Below are positions 24,526-34,000 of a DNA stretch of 64,000 bases, piece after piece. Under the pieces are notes generated by a model. It was not told where the DNA came from. It saw only the letters and a list, made by a program, of their open reading frames with translations, and made no database searches. Numbering within the stretch: the stretch's first letter is position 1; each line of letters starts with the position of its first letter. Source of the DNA: a virus; the IMG/VR virus record IMGVR_UViG_3300042905_004373, positions 1 through 64,000 of that record; one strand, given 5' to 3'. A program made the translations under genes and the position numbers.

Positions 24526-25094
24526 ATTACACACATTTCACACACATTCGCAACTAGATTCATGTTCATCATTCGTTATCAAACTCCTTACAATAATTGT
24601 GAATGGCGCACACAATCATTCACCACAATTCAAGAGGCAGAAAGAATGATTGCATTTTATAAGTCTTGTGGATCACCTGCAGAGTTAGTTAAATGAATGA
24701 AGAATGAAAGTATAAAGAATAGAGAATGAATCTTAAGTAGTTCTTTATTCTTTATACTTTTCCTGAGCATAAAGAACTAACTCAGGATTAAGTGTAGAAT
24801 GTTAGTCAGTGGTGTGGTTTAGTTTTCTACATTTAGTCCTGTCTTAGTTTTTTATACTTAGCACTGTTTGAGTTTAATTCATTTAGCACTGTTTGAGTTC
24901 TTTATACAAACTGCCTGACGCTGGTGCGATTCCAACCACGCCAACCGCCCATCCGTCAAGCGTTTGACCCATTAGCGTTGCTGATGAATGGGGTTGCCGT
25001 TTGGTATTGGTTGATACAGTCTGCTCGGGGCGCTGGCGGTTAATGTTGTTTCAACGGATCGAAAACGACCTTTCAACCGATCCGCCCCAGACCA

Positions 25095-25433
25095 ATGGCA
25101 AACTCCTACGATCTGCCCGCCGCCATCGTTTCGGATACGCTCGAAACCCTTATGGGGCATCTCGCAACTGCTGACGCTAAGTGTAAAGAGGCGGAGGCAG
25201 AATGCAAGCGTCTGCGTGATGAGATCGCTGGCATCATGATGGCCGCTGATGTAACCTCTGAGCGCACTTGCTGGGGGTTGGTATCACTAACCTCCCGCGA
25301 TAAAGTTACGTATTCTCCCGCGATTAAGGTTCTTGAGATTAACCTTAAGGCAGAAAAGGATAAAGAGGTTGCAACTGGAATCGCTAAAGTTGCAGAGGGT
25401 GATAAGTTTATCCGCGTAACTTGGGCGAAGTAA
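25095..25433 (+). CDS. hypothetical protein
   Basis: 112 aa. Confidence 0.55.
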   Translation: MANSYDLPAAIVSDTLETLMGHLATADAKCKEAEAECKRLRDEIAGIMMAADVTSERTCWGLVSLTSRDKVTYSPAIKVLEINLKAEKDKEVATGIAKVAEGDKFIRVTWAK

Positions 25434-25494
25434 GTTACATTCAGGGGTGACGTTCTCACCCCTATTCTTTACACTTTCCACCGTTATTCTTGTC

Positions 25495-25827
25495 ATGACC
25501 GCTACAATCGACCTACAACCTTACGTGATTCCTTCACACTTTATGTGTGCAATTGTCAACGATGATTATACGGGACTTGATGATAAAGAGGAAGCGATTG
25601 TATCTCAATTCCTAGAAGATTTGGGAGATCGTTATCTTTTTGTTGCCCCATCTGATGAGGATAATTATTTCACACGATGCCATGATTTTCGTGATTATGG
25701 TATCCTTGCCTGCGATTGTGTGGCAGTTGAGATAGCGTTTCGCCCCGAATCCGAACCCGATTATGATGCTGATGACGCTATCTGCAACCGTTACAACAGC
25801 ATCGTCTGCGGCATGTTGCTGGGTTAA
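25495..25827 (+). CDS. hypothetical acidic protein (110 aa)
   Basis: in frame with track ORF 25447. Confidence 0.5.
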   Translation: MTATIDLQPYVIPSHFMCAIVNDDYTGLDDKEEAIVSQFLEDLGDRYLFVAPSDEDNYFTRCHDFRDYGILACDCVAVEIAFRPESEPDYDADDAICNRYNSIVCGMLLG

Positions 25828-25839
25828 TTGTTAGTTAGT

Positions 25840-25904
25840 GGGCGGCAGTTAGGTATACTCTGCCGCCCTAATCACGAACGATTAGTATTCCTTATTCGTT
25901 CGTG
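25840..25904 (+). terminator. tandem hairpins GGGCGGCAG-N11-CTGCCGCCC and CACGAACG-N16-CGTTCGTG + TTT at GC-rich/AT-rich boundary
   Basis: perfect 9-bp and 8-bp stems. Confidence 0.5.
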
Positions 25905-26064
25905 TTTGACAGTTAAGCGATCCTAATTGAAAAACCCAACACTACCCTAACCTACAAAGTGTTACGGAAGCGAGAGAAATATAAGACTCTATAATAAAAA
26001 AATCCCCCCACCAAAAAATTTCAAAAACCCCGCATATATAAAATCAAAACTTATATTCACTCAA

Positions 26065-26238
26065 ATGAAAAAAAATTCCGGGGATATTTTTGCGCCCATA
26101 GAGATCGATCCAATCAGTGGTCAATACTTCATCACAATTCCTGAGCAAATCATGAATGACTTAGAATGGTATGAAGACACAGAAATCTCATTTAATCTTG
26201 AAGGAAATGAACTAATTCTGTCAGAACGCAGTTCTTGA
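26065..26238 (+). CDS. 57-aa AbrB/MazE (SpoVT-AbrB swapped-hairpin)-like protein
   Basis: ISGQYFITIPEQIMNDLEWYEDTEISFNLEGNELIL matches AbrB/MazE-fold pattern (GQvtIPkei...l.eGd.l.i...g..lil). Confidence 0.45.
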   Translation: MKKNSGDIFAPIEIDPISGQYFITIPEQIMNDLEWYEDTEISFNLEGNELILSERSS

Positions 26239-26285
26239 CATCATATAGATAATACTGTATGATACTGAAGTAATTACAAAAAATT

Positions 26286-27044
26286 ATGGCTAAAGGATTT
26301 ACTGTAAAAGCAGCAAAAAGTCCCTCAGTTCAGCAAGAACAAGAATGGGACTATAATTTGGCAAGAGAGATGGTAAGAGGAAAATCTATCGTCTTCTGTC
26401 TGCCTGGCAGGGGAGTTTCTTATACTTACCTCAAGAGTTTTGTTCAACTGTGTTTTGATCTAGTACAGTCAGGAGCAAGTATTCAGATCTCGCAAGACTA
26501 TTCATCCATGGTAAACTTTGCAAGATGCAAATGTTTAGGTGCGAATGTTCTAAGAGGACCGAATCAAATTCCTTGGGATGGAAAACTTCAATATGATTGG
26601 CAACTCTGGATTGACTCAGATATTGTTTTCAATACTGAAAAGTTTTGGCAACTGGTTCTGATGGACAAAGATATTGCGGCAGGTTGGTATGCCACAGAAG
26701 ATGGTCATACAACATCAGTCGCACATTGGTTGGATGAAGAAGATTTCAGAGGAAATGGTGGTGTCATGAATCATGAGACCGTTGAAAGCATTTCCAAGCG
26801 TCGTAAACCATTCACAGTTGACTATACTGGATTTGGCTGGGTTCTGATTAAGAATGGAGTCTTTGAACATTCTGAAATGAAGTATCCTTGGTTTGCTCCA
26901 AAGATGCAAGTCTTTGAATCTGGAGAAGTTCAGGATATGTGTGGAGAAGATGTATCATTCTGTCTGGATGCAATAGAGGCAGGTTTCCAAATTTGGTGCG
27001 ATCCACGTATCAGAGTTGGTCACGAAAAAACAAGAGTGATTTGA
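26286..27044 (+). CDS. glycosyltransferase-like protein (DxD; GEDVSFCLDA...W.DP.IRVGH C-terminal motif)
   Basis: 252 aa; DSD in WIDSDIVF; first gene of AT-rich block. Confidence 0.55.
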   Translation: MAKGFTVKAAKSPSVQQEQEWDYNLAREMVRGKSIVFCLPGRGVSYTYLKSFVQLCFDLVQSGASIQISQDYSSMVNFARCKCLGANVLRGPNQIPWDGKLQYDWQLWIDSDIVFNTEKFWQLVLMDKDIAAGWYATEDGHTTSVAHWLDEEDFRGNGGVMNHETVESISKRRKPFTVDYTGFGWVLIKNGVFEHSEMKYPWFAPKMQVFESGEVQDMCGEDVSFCLDAIEAGFQIWCDPRIRVGHEKTRVI

Positions 27045-27238
27045 TGAGCAACGAGCGTTACAATATTCTCTGTAAGGGAAGAAAAATTTATACTTGTCTT
27101 ACAGAGGAAGAATATTTCAATACAATGGAGGATCTGTCAATTGATTTTTATCAGACAGGTTCTCCAAAACCTGAAGATCTTGAAACTGAAATTTTAGTGG
27201 AGAATAACTTATGGCTACAAAAGCAAAAGGTGGACTGA
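27044..27238 (+). CDS. hypothetical protein (64 aa)
   Basis: TGATGAGC overlap; in frame with track ORF 26939. Confidence 0.4.
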   Translation: MSNERYNILCKGRKIYTCLTEEEYFNTMEDLSIDFYQTGSPKPEDLETEILVENNLWLQKQKVD

Positions 27239-27366
27239 ATAAAAGCAGTTCTTATATTCCTGGACCTCCTAAGAAATCCCGTCAGGGAGATGGAGATGGT
27301 ACTAAGTATTCTGCAACATCTCGTAATGGGGCAAGAAAAAAGTATAGAGGACAGGGGAAAGGATAA
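27211..27366 (+). CDS. small basic protein (51 aa)
   Basis: MATKAKGGLNKSSSYIPGPPKKSRQG...; TAATG overlap with next gene. Confidence 0.3.
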   Translation: MATKAKGGLNKSSSYIPGPPKKSRQGDGDGTKYSATSRNGARKKYRGQGKG

Positions 27367-27956
27367 TGTATCACCTAGATGTCAATGATGAATGGAATCA
27401 TATACATCCATCAGACCTCTGGGTTTATAATAAATTATTTCTAAGTCGGATATTGGGTTATACATGTGGTCCTGTTGGAACCACTGTTCCCGAATCCGAC
27501 TTTTATATTGTTCGTCCATCCTTTAATTTACTCGGAATGGGCCGTCTTGCTCGTAAAGAATGGATAGAAAAAAGCACTGATCATTTTCATCCAGCAGAAT
27601 TTTGGTGTGAGATATTTACTGGTGATCACTTAAGTGTTGATTTTTATCAGCAAAAAGCAGAATTAGTGATCTTAGGTACTAAATCTGAGAATGATCCACT
27701 TTACAAATGGAAAAAGTGGGAAAAAATCAATAAAGAGGTTGAATTTCCTGAAATTTTAAAACAGTTAAAGGGGAACTATGACTATATTAACTGTGAATTT
27801 ATTGGAAATAAGTTAATTGAGGTTCATTTTCGACAAAATCCTAATTTTAGATATGGAAATTCGATTGCTATACCAGTTTGGGACGATGAAAAAATTAAAA
27901 ATATGAATTTTATTGAAGATAGTGACTATTTTCGTAAGGGATTTTATATTCAATAA
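27366..27956 (+). CDS. hypothetical protein
   Basis: 196 aa. Confidence 0.6.
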   Translation: MYHLDVNDEWNHIHPSDLWVYNKLFLSRILGYTCGPVGTTVPESDFYIVRPSFNLLGMGRLARKEWIEKSTDHFHPAEFWCEIFTGDHLSVDFYQQKAELVILGTKSENDPLYKWKKWEKINKEVEFPEILKQLKGNYDYINCEFIGNKLIEVHFRQNPNFRYGNSIAIPVWDDEKIKNMNFIEDSDYFRKGFYIQ

Positions 27957-27979
27957 ATAAATTTTTCGCAAAAAGTAAA

Positions 27980-28321
27980 TTGAAACAGTTTTCGATGGGT
28001 AAACATCTACTTTTAGAGGTTTACAATGTCGATTTTAACCTTTTAAATGACGGAATTGCCATCCAAGCAATTATGGAAAATGGTATAAATCGTGCTGGAA
28101 TGACAATTCTCAACATTTACCAACATTGTTTTATTCCTCAGGGATGTACCATAGTCATTGCCCTTTCAGAAAGTCATGTTTCATGCCATACTTGGCCCGA
28201 AAATGGATGTATTGCGATTGATGTTTATACCTGTGGTGAAGGAAATCCAAAATTAATAGCATTAGAACTACTAAAATACTTAAATTCAGATAATTATAAG
28301 TTAAGAGAATTAGATCGTTAA
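27980..28321 (+). CDS. speD: S-adenosylmethionine decarboxylase proenzyme (SpeD-like, bacterial class I)
   Basis: LSESHVSCHTWPENGCIAIDVYTCG matches SpeD ESHxSxHTWPE...D.ftCG signature; ~110 aa (start may be ATG 27995). Confidence 0.8.
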   Translation: MKQFSMGKHLLLEVYNVDFNLLNDGIAIQAIMENGINRAGMTILNIYQHCFIPQGCTIVIALSESHVSCHTWPENGCIAIDVYTCGEGNPKLIALELLKYLNSDNYKLRELDR

Positions 28322-28327
28322 ATACTT

Positions 28328-28630
28328 ATGGGAGATAGCAACCTCCTTTATAAAAGTTCTGTTTTATTCTTTAAAACAGGAGCTAAAATGTCTAATTTAC
28401 CAGTCGATAGAGATAGTAATTACATGTATGAGATGTGGGGAACTAAAAAATTGATCACTGATTATGATGAAATGAAACCAAAGAGAGTCATTCAAGAAGT
28501 TATGCATGATCTTGCACCGAAGCATAATCTCAAAAAACAGACTGATCTACATGAAAAAATAAGAAACGATGAAGATTATGATGATTGGAATTATGGAACT
28601 GAACCAACATACGGATCATCCTGGAAATAG
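28328..28630 (+). CDS. hypothetical protein
   Basis: 100 aa. Confidence 0.5.
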   Translation: MGDSNLLYKSSVLFFKTGAKMSNLPVDRDSNYMYEMWGTKKLITDYDEMKPKRVIQEVMHDLAPKHNLKKQTDLHEKIRNDEDYDDWNYGTEPTYGSSWK

Positions 28631-28632
28631 GC

Positions 28633-28639
28633 ATAAATA
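28633..28639 (+). promoter_or_regulatory. T4-type late promoter-like ATAAATA
   Basis: CATAAATAG 23 nt before gp25 ATG. Confidence 0.4.
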
Positions 28640-28661
28640 GATAAAGAATTTTCTATGTACA

Positions 28662-29063
28662 ATGGCAATAACTAGGATATCTAGATCCTTTAGAGATATT
28701 AGTTTATCCTTTGAACCACATCCTGTGACTCGTGATCTGCCTATTCTTAATAACGAAAGAGCGATTATAAGATCCGTTCGCAATTTAGTTGAAACAATTC
28801 GTACTGAAAGATTTTTTAATTCTTCTCTCGGTTCAAATGTAAGATCAAGTTTGTTTGAATTTGTCGATTATGCATCAGCATCAATCATACAAGATCAAAT
28901 TAAAGAAGTTGTTACAAATTATGAGCCGAGAGTATCTGATTTAATCGTTCAAGTAGATCCCAAACCAGATTCAAATGAATTTGAAGTGACTATTCAATTT
29001 GTTATTATTGGTCAAGAAATTCCATCTCAACAATTTTCATTCATATTAGAGGCAACAAGATAA
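28662..29063 (+). CDS. 25: baseplate wedge subunit gp25
   Basis: 133 aa (T4 gp25 ~132 aa); NYEPRV core matches T4 gp25 NYEPRI; followed by gp6. Confidence 0.85.
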   Translation: MAITRISRSFRDISLSFEPHPVTRDLPILNNERAIIRSVRNLVETIRTERFFNSSLGSNVRSSLFEFVDYASASIIQDQIKEVVTNYEPRVSDLIVQVDPKPDSNEFEVTIQFVIIGQEIPSQQFSFILEATR

Positions 29064-29064
29064 A

Positions 29065-31011
29065 ATGCCTTTTACAAAATTTACCAATTTAGATTTTGAT
29101 CAGATAAAAACCTCAATCAAAGATTATCTTCGTGCGAATTCAAATTTCACGGACTTTGATTTTGAAGGTTCTAATTTTTCAATTTTAATTGATACATTAG
29201 CATATAACACTTATATTACTGCATTTAATTCAAATATGGTTGTTAATGAGTCTTTTCTAGACTCTGCAACTGTAAGAGAAAATGTCGTGTCCTTGGCAAG
29301 AAATATTGGTTATGTTCCAAAATCCAGAACGGCAGCAAGTGCTGTTGTGTCTTTTAGTGCTCAACCAAAGGTTTTAACGACAACTTTAACTTTACAATCT
29401 GGATTGGTATGTACTGGATCTGTGAGTGGTACTTCTTATGTGTTTTCAATACCAGACAACGTTACTGTTCCTGTTAAAAACAATATTGCCAACTTTAAAA
29501 ATATTACAATTAAACAGGGAACATTTTTAAAAAAGCAATTTACAGTTGATGGATCTATAGATCAAAAATTTATACTAGATAACGCATATATTGATACGTC
29601 CACTATAAGAGTTTATGTGAAGGGAATAAGTGATAATGGAATCGGAAGATCATATAAACAAGTAGATGATATTTTAAATATTGATTCAAATTCTGAAATT
29701 TATTTGATTCAAGAAATCAAAGATGAAAAATACGAAATTATCTTTGGTGATGGAATATTTGGAAAAAAACTTCAGAACAATGAGATTATTACAGTAACTT
29801 ATATCATTACTGACGGAAAAGAAGGAAATGGAGCAGGTTCTTTTACTTTTTCTGGAACATTTCGAGATGAAGATGATAATATTGCAATTTTAAATGATAA
29901 TACAGTAGTAACAATTACAACTTTACAAAATTCTCAGAATGGATCTGATATTGAAAATATTGATTCAATTCGAAATTTTGCACCAAAACTCTATTCAGCA
30001 CAAAATAGGGCTGTTACTGTAAAAGATTATGAGTCAATTATCAAATCAAAAATATATCCAAATACTGAATCAATATCAGTTGTAGGTGGAGAAGAATTAA
30101 TTCCTCCACAATATGGAAAAGTATTGATCAGTATTAAACCAAAAAATGGAACCTTTGTTTCGGATTTTGATAAAAAACAAATAAAGGATAAACTTAAAAA
30201 TTATTCTGTAATTGGTATTAATCCAGAAATTATTGATCTTAAAATATTGTATGTTGAAATTGATTCATCAGTATATTATAATTATTCGAAGATTTCAAGT
30301 ATAGAAGATTTAAAAACTAAAGTAATCAAATCCTTAAATGAATATTCACAATCAACTAATTTGAATTCATTTGGTGGAAGATTCAAATATAGTAAAGTTT
30401 TACAGATAATTGATAATACTGATTTATCAATTACATCAAATATTACAAAGGTAAGAATCAGAAGAGATTTAAAAGTAAAAATTAATGCCCAAACTCAGTA
30501 TGAAATTTGTTATGGAAATAAGTTTCATGTAAATCCTGAAGGTAAAAATATTAAATCTACGGGATTTAAGATTGCAAATGAACCTGATATGGTTTATTTT
30601 ACTGATACTCCTAGGAAAAAATCTGATGGAACTGTATCTAACTTCGGAGACATATCAATTATAAGAGAAAAGTTAACATCAATAACTTCTGAATCTACAC
30701 CAATTTTTAAAACATCAATTGCGGTTCAGTCTGCTGGAGTAGTAAATTATGAAACTGGCGAAATAAAGTTAAATGCGATTACGATTACTTCTACAGTTCT
30801 TAATGAAGATATTATAGAAATACAAGCTTTTCCAGAATCAAATGATATTGTTGGATTAAAAGATCTATATCTATCATTTGATGTTTCAAAAAGTAAAATA
30901 AATATGATTAAAGATATTATGTCTTCTGGTGAAGATATGTCTGGAGTTTTATTCTCTTCTAATGATTATTACAGTTCAAGTTATTCAAATGGGGATCTAA
31001 AGAGGTCGTAA
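29065..31011 (+). CDS. 6: baseplate wedge subunit gp6
   Basis: 648 aa (T4 gp6 ~660); N-terminus FTDFDFEGSNFSILIDTLAYNT ~ T4 gp6 FLDYDFEGSRLNVLCDLLAYNT. Confidence 0.85.
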   Translation: MPFTKFTNLDFDQIKTSIKDYLRANSNFTDFDFEGSNFSILIDTLAYNTYITAFNSNMVVNESFLDSATVRENVVSLARNIGYVPKSRTAASAVVSFSAQPKVLTTTLTLQSGLVCTGSVSGTSYVFSIPDNVTVPVKNNIANFKNITIKQGTFLKKQFTVDGSIDQKFILDNAYIDTSTIRVYVKGISDNGIGRSYKQVDDILNIDSNSEIYLIQEIKDEKYEIIFGDGIFGKKLQNNEIITVTYIITDGKEGNGAGSFTFSGTFRDEDDNIAILNDNTVVTITTLQNSQNGSDIENIDSIRNFAPKLYSAQNRAVTVKDYESIIKSKIYPNTESISVVGGEELIPPQYGKVLISIKPKNGTFVSDFDKKQIKDKLKNYSVIGINPEIIDLKILYVEIDSSVYYNYSKISSIEDLKTKVIKSLNEYSQSTNLNSFGGRFKYSKVLQIIDNTDLSITSNITKVRIRRDLKVKINAQTQYEICYGNKFHVNPEGKNIKSTGFKIANEPDMVYFTDTPRKKSDGTVSNFGDISIIREKLTSITSESTPIFKTSIAVQSAGVVNYETGEIKLNAITITSTVLNEDIIEIQAFPESNDIVGLKDLYLSFDVSKSKINMIKDIMSSGEDMSGVLFSSNDYYSSSYSNGDLKRS

Positions 31012-31012
31012 T

Positions 31013-34000
31013 ATGGTAAATTCAAAATTTGATTCTAGAGTTAAAATTCAACAAATTATTGATAGTCAGATTCCAGAATTTATTTTAGATGAAAATCCAA
31101 AAGCAGCGGAATTTCTAAAGCAATATTATATTTCACAAGAATATCAAGGTGGCCCAATTGATATTGTTGAAAATTTAGATCAATATTTAAAATTAGATAA
31201 TTTACTTCCAGAAGTTATTGTAGGATTTACGAGTTTAACATCTGGTATTTCTTCATCTTCTACAAATATTGTCGTTAATTCAACCAAAGGATTCCCTTCG
31301 AAATATGGGTTGTTGAAAATAGATGATGAAATTATTACTTATACTGGAATAACTACGAATACCTTTACTGGTTGCATTCGTGGATTTAGTGGAATTACAA
31401 ATTATCATAAGAATTTGCAATATGAAGAATTGGTTTTTAGCGAATCAGTATCAGAACCTCATAATTTTGAATCAAAGGTAGAAAATCTTAGTTCCTTATT
31501 TTTAAAAGAATTTTATAAAAAAATTAAATTTACTTTAACTCCAGGATTAGAAGAATTAAATTTCAATGAAAATTTAAATGTAGGCAATTTTATAAAAGAA
31601 TCAAAGAGTTTGTATGAAACAAAAGGAACTCCAGAATCTTTTAGAATATTATTTAATGTTCTTTTTGGAGAAACTCCAAAAATAATTAACCTAGAACAAT
31701 TTTTAATTAAGTCATCCGATTCAGATTATATAAGAAGAAATGTAGCAGTAATTAAAGCAATTTCCGGAGACCCAACTAAATTAACTGGACAAACAATTAA
31801 AAAATCTACCGATGAGGGAACCAGTGCTTCAGTTTCTGAAGTAGAAACAATCACAAGAAAAAGTAAGACATACTATAAACTTAACTTTTTTGTTGGATAT
31901 GATGATAGTTATCCAAATATTACTGGCACGTTTTCAGTCACTCCAAATACAAAAGTAATTGATAATGTAATATTATCTTCTACTAAAACTGGAGTAGTTA
32001 CAGTAGATTCTACAATTGGATTTGCGGAATCTGGAAGTTTTTTTTATGAGGACTATGAGGTATTTTATTCCAGAAAAACAATCAACCAATTTTTAGGTTG
32101 TTATATTAATTCTAATGAATCAGTCAATGTACTCAAAAAATCTTTATTGATTTCAAATGAAACTTATTATGGATATGAAAATGGCGATTTAGAAAAAAAA
32201 GTAGAATTTATAATCACTGGAGTTATATCTGATATTTTTGTAAGTGATAATTCTTACAATTTTATTGAAGGAGATGAAATATATCCTCAAAATTTAGGTG
32301 AGATTATTTCGCAAGGAAAAAGTAATAAGCAAATTTTTGCAAATAGTTGGATTTACAATACAAGTTCAAGATATCAAGTAGATAATTTTTCTGGATTTAC
32401 AATTACTATAAAATCAAAAATAGATTCTGTAAGTATTTCAGTTGGTGACACAATTGAAATACTTGATAGAAATACTGAAAATGTAATTTCTACTGCAATT
32501 ATTACTGGTATTGATCTTAACGCCAATCAAATTACAATAAATCAGAATATTAATTTATCTGGAAATTATGATATTAGAAGAATACTTAAAAAGGCAAATT
32601 CGCCAATAGTTCCAATCGAATTTGGAAATGATAAGATTACATCCGATATTCAAAATGTATACAATGAAAATGATGCATATATGTATGTTGCATCTAATTC
32701 TTTACCATCCTATCAAATACAAAAAAATGTATTTGAATATACTATAACCAAACTGAGTGGAAAGAATGACGATGATGAGTATAGTATCATTGAGTTTAAT
32801 GATGTAATTTCATTCATAACCGGAGATAAGGTATTATACTACACAGATGAAAATTCCACAATTGTAGGTTTGGTGGAAGGTCCTTATTTTGTGGAGGTTT
32901 TATCGGACAAAAAATCAATTAAACTTCATTTAAGTTCCTCTACAATTGGTAGTAGTGATTTTGTAACATTTGGACAATTTTCGAATGGTTCAATCGTAGG
33001 AAATCATAAGGTTATACTTTATTCTCAAAAATCTAAAACTATTTCTCCACAAAAATTACTAAAAAAGTTTCCATTAGATAGAAAAACTTCAGATAATAAA
33101 ATTTACGAAACAATTCCAGGATCAATTGGAATGTTAAAAAATGGAGTTGAAATATACAATTATAAAACAAATGATAAAATTTATTATGGACCTTTAGAAA
33201 ATGTAGACGTTTTAAGTGGTGGAAATAATTATGATGTAATAAATCCACCAGTCTTAACAATATCTACAGGGTCTGCTGTTCTTTATCCAGTGATAACTGG
33301 TTCCGTTAAAAAAATATTTGTAGATCCTCAAGAATTTGATATTGATGTAAATATATCAATACAATTAAGTGGTGGAAATGGATCAAATTCTTCATTTAAA
33401 CCAATTTTTGAAAAGTATGCGAGAGAAATTGAATTTGATGCTAGATCTATTTTAAATGGTGGTGGAATAGATTCTGTAGATGAAGTTATAGCATTCAAAG
33501 AAAATCACAATCTAATTAATGGACAACCACTTGTTTATAATAACAACAACTTTAATTCTATTGGAATAGGAACTTTTAAGGGTTCTAATTTGGATCAAGG
33601 TAAAACATTAGTAAAAAATGCAATTTATTATACAGAAGTAATTAATGATAAAACAATTCGACTATATCAAAATTTTTCAGACTATTCATCAGGAATCAAT
33701 ACTGTAGGATTCACTACTATTGGAAATTCTGGAACTCATAAGTTCAAAACTGAAGTAAAAAATAGATTAGTTGATATACAAGTTATTTCCGAAGGAAGTG
33801 GTTATTCAAATAGAAAAATTAGAGTATCTCCATCTGGAATTTCAACTTTTGATCATACTATAAATTTTAAAAATCATGGGTTTTCTGATGGAGAAGTAGT
33901 CTCATATGAATATCAAACTTCCAATATTTCTGGATTAACAACATCAAATTCATATAAAGTTCTAAAACTAAATTCTGATAATTTTAGGATTTGTGATATT

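Noticed and set aside
24540-25095. tRNA gene in the 550-bp gap (GGTGCGATTCCAACC looks T-loop-like)
   Set aside because: Could not fold a cloverleaf with an acceptor stem, anticodon arm and GTTCRANYC T-loop in register. No other tRNA-like segment seen in the window.
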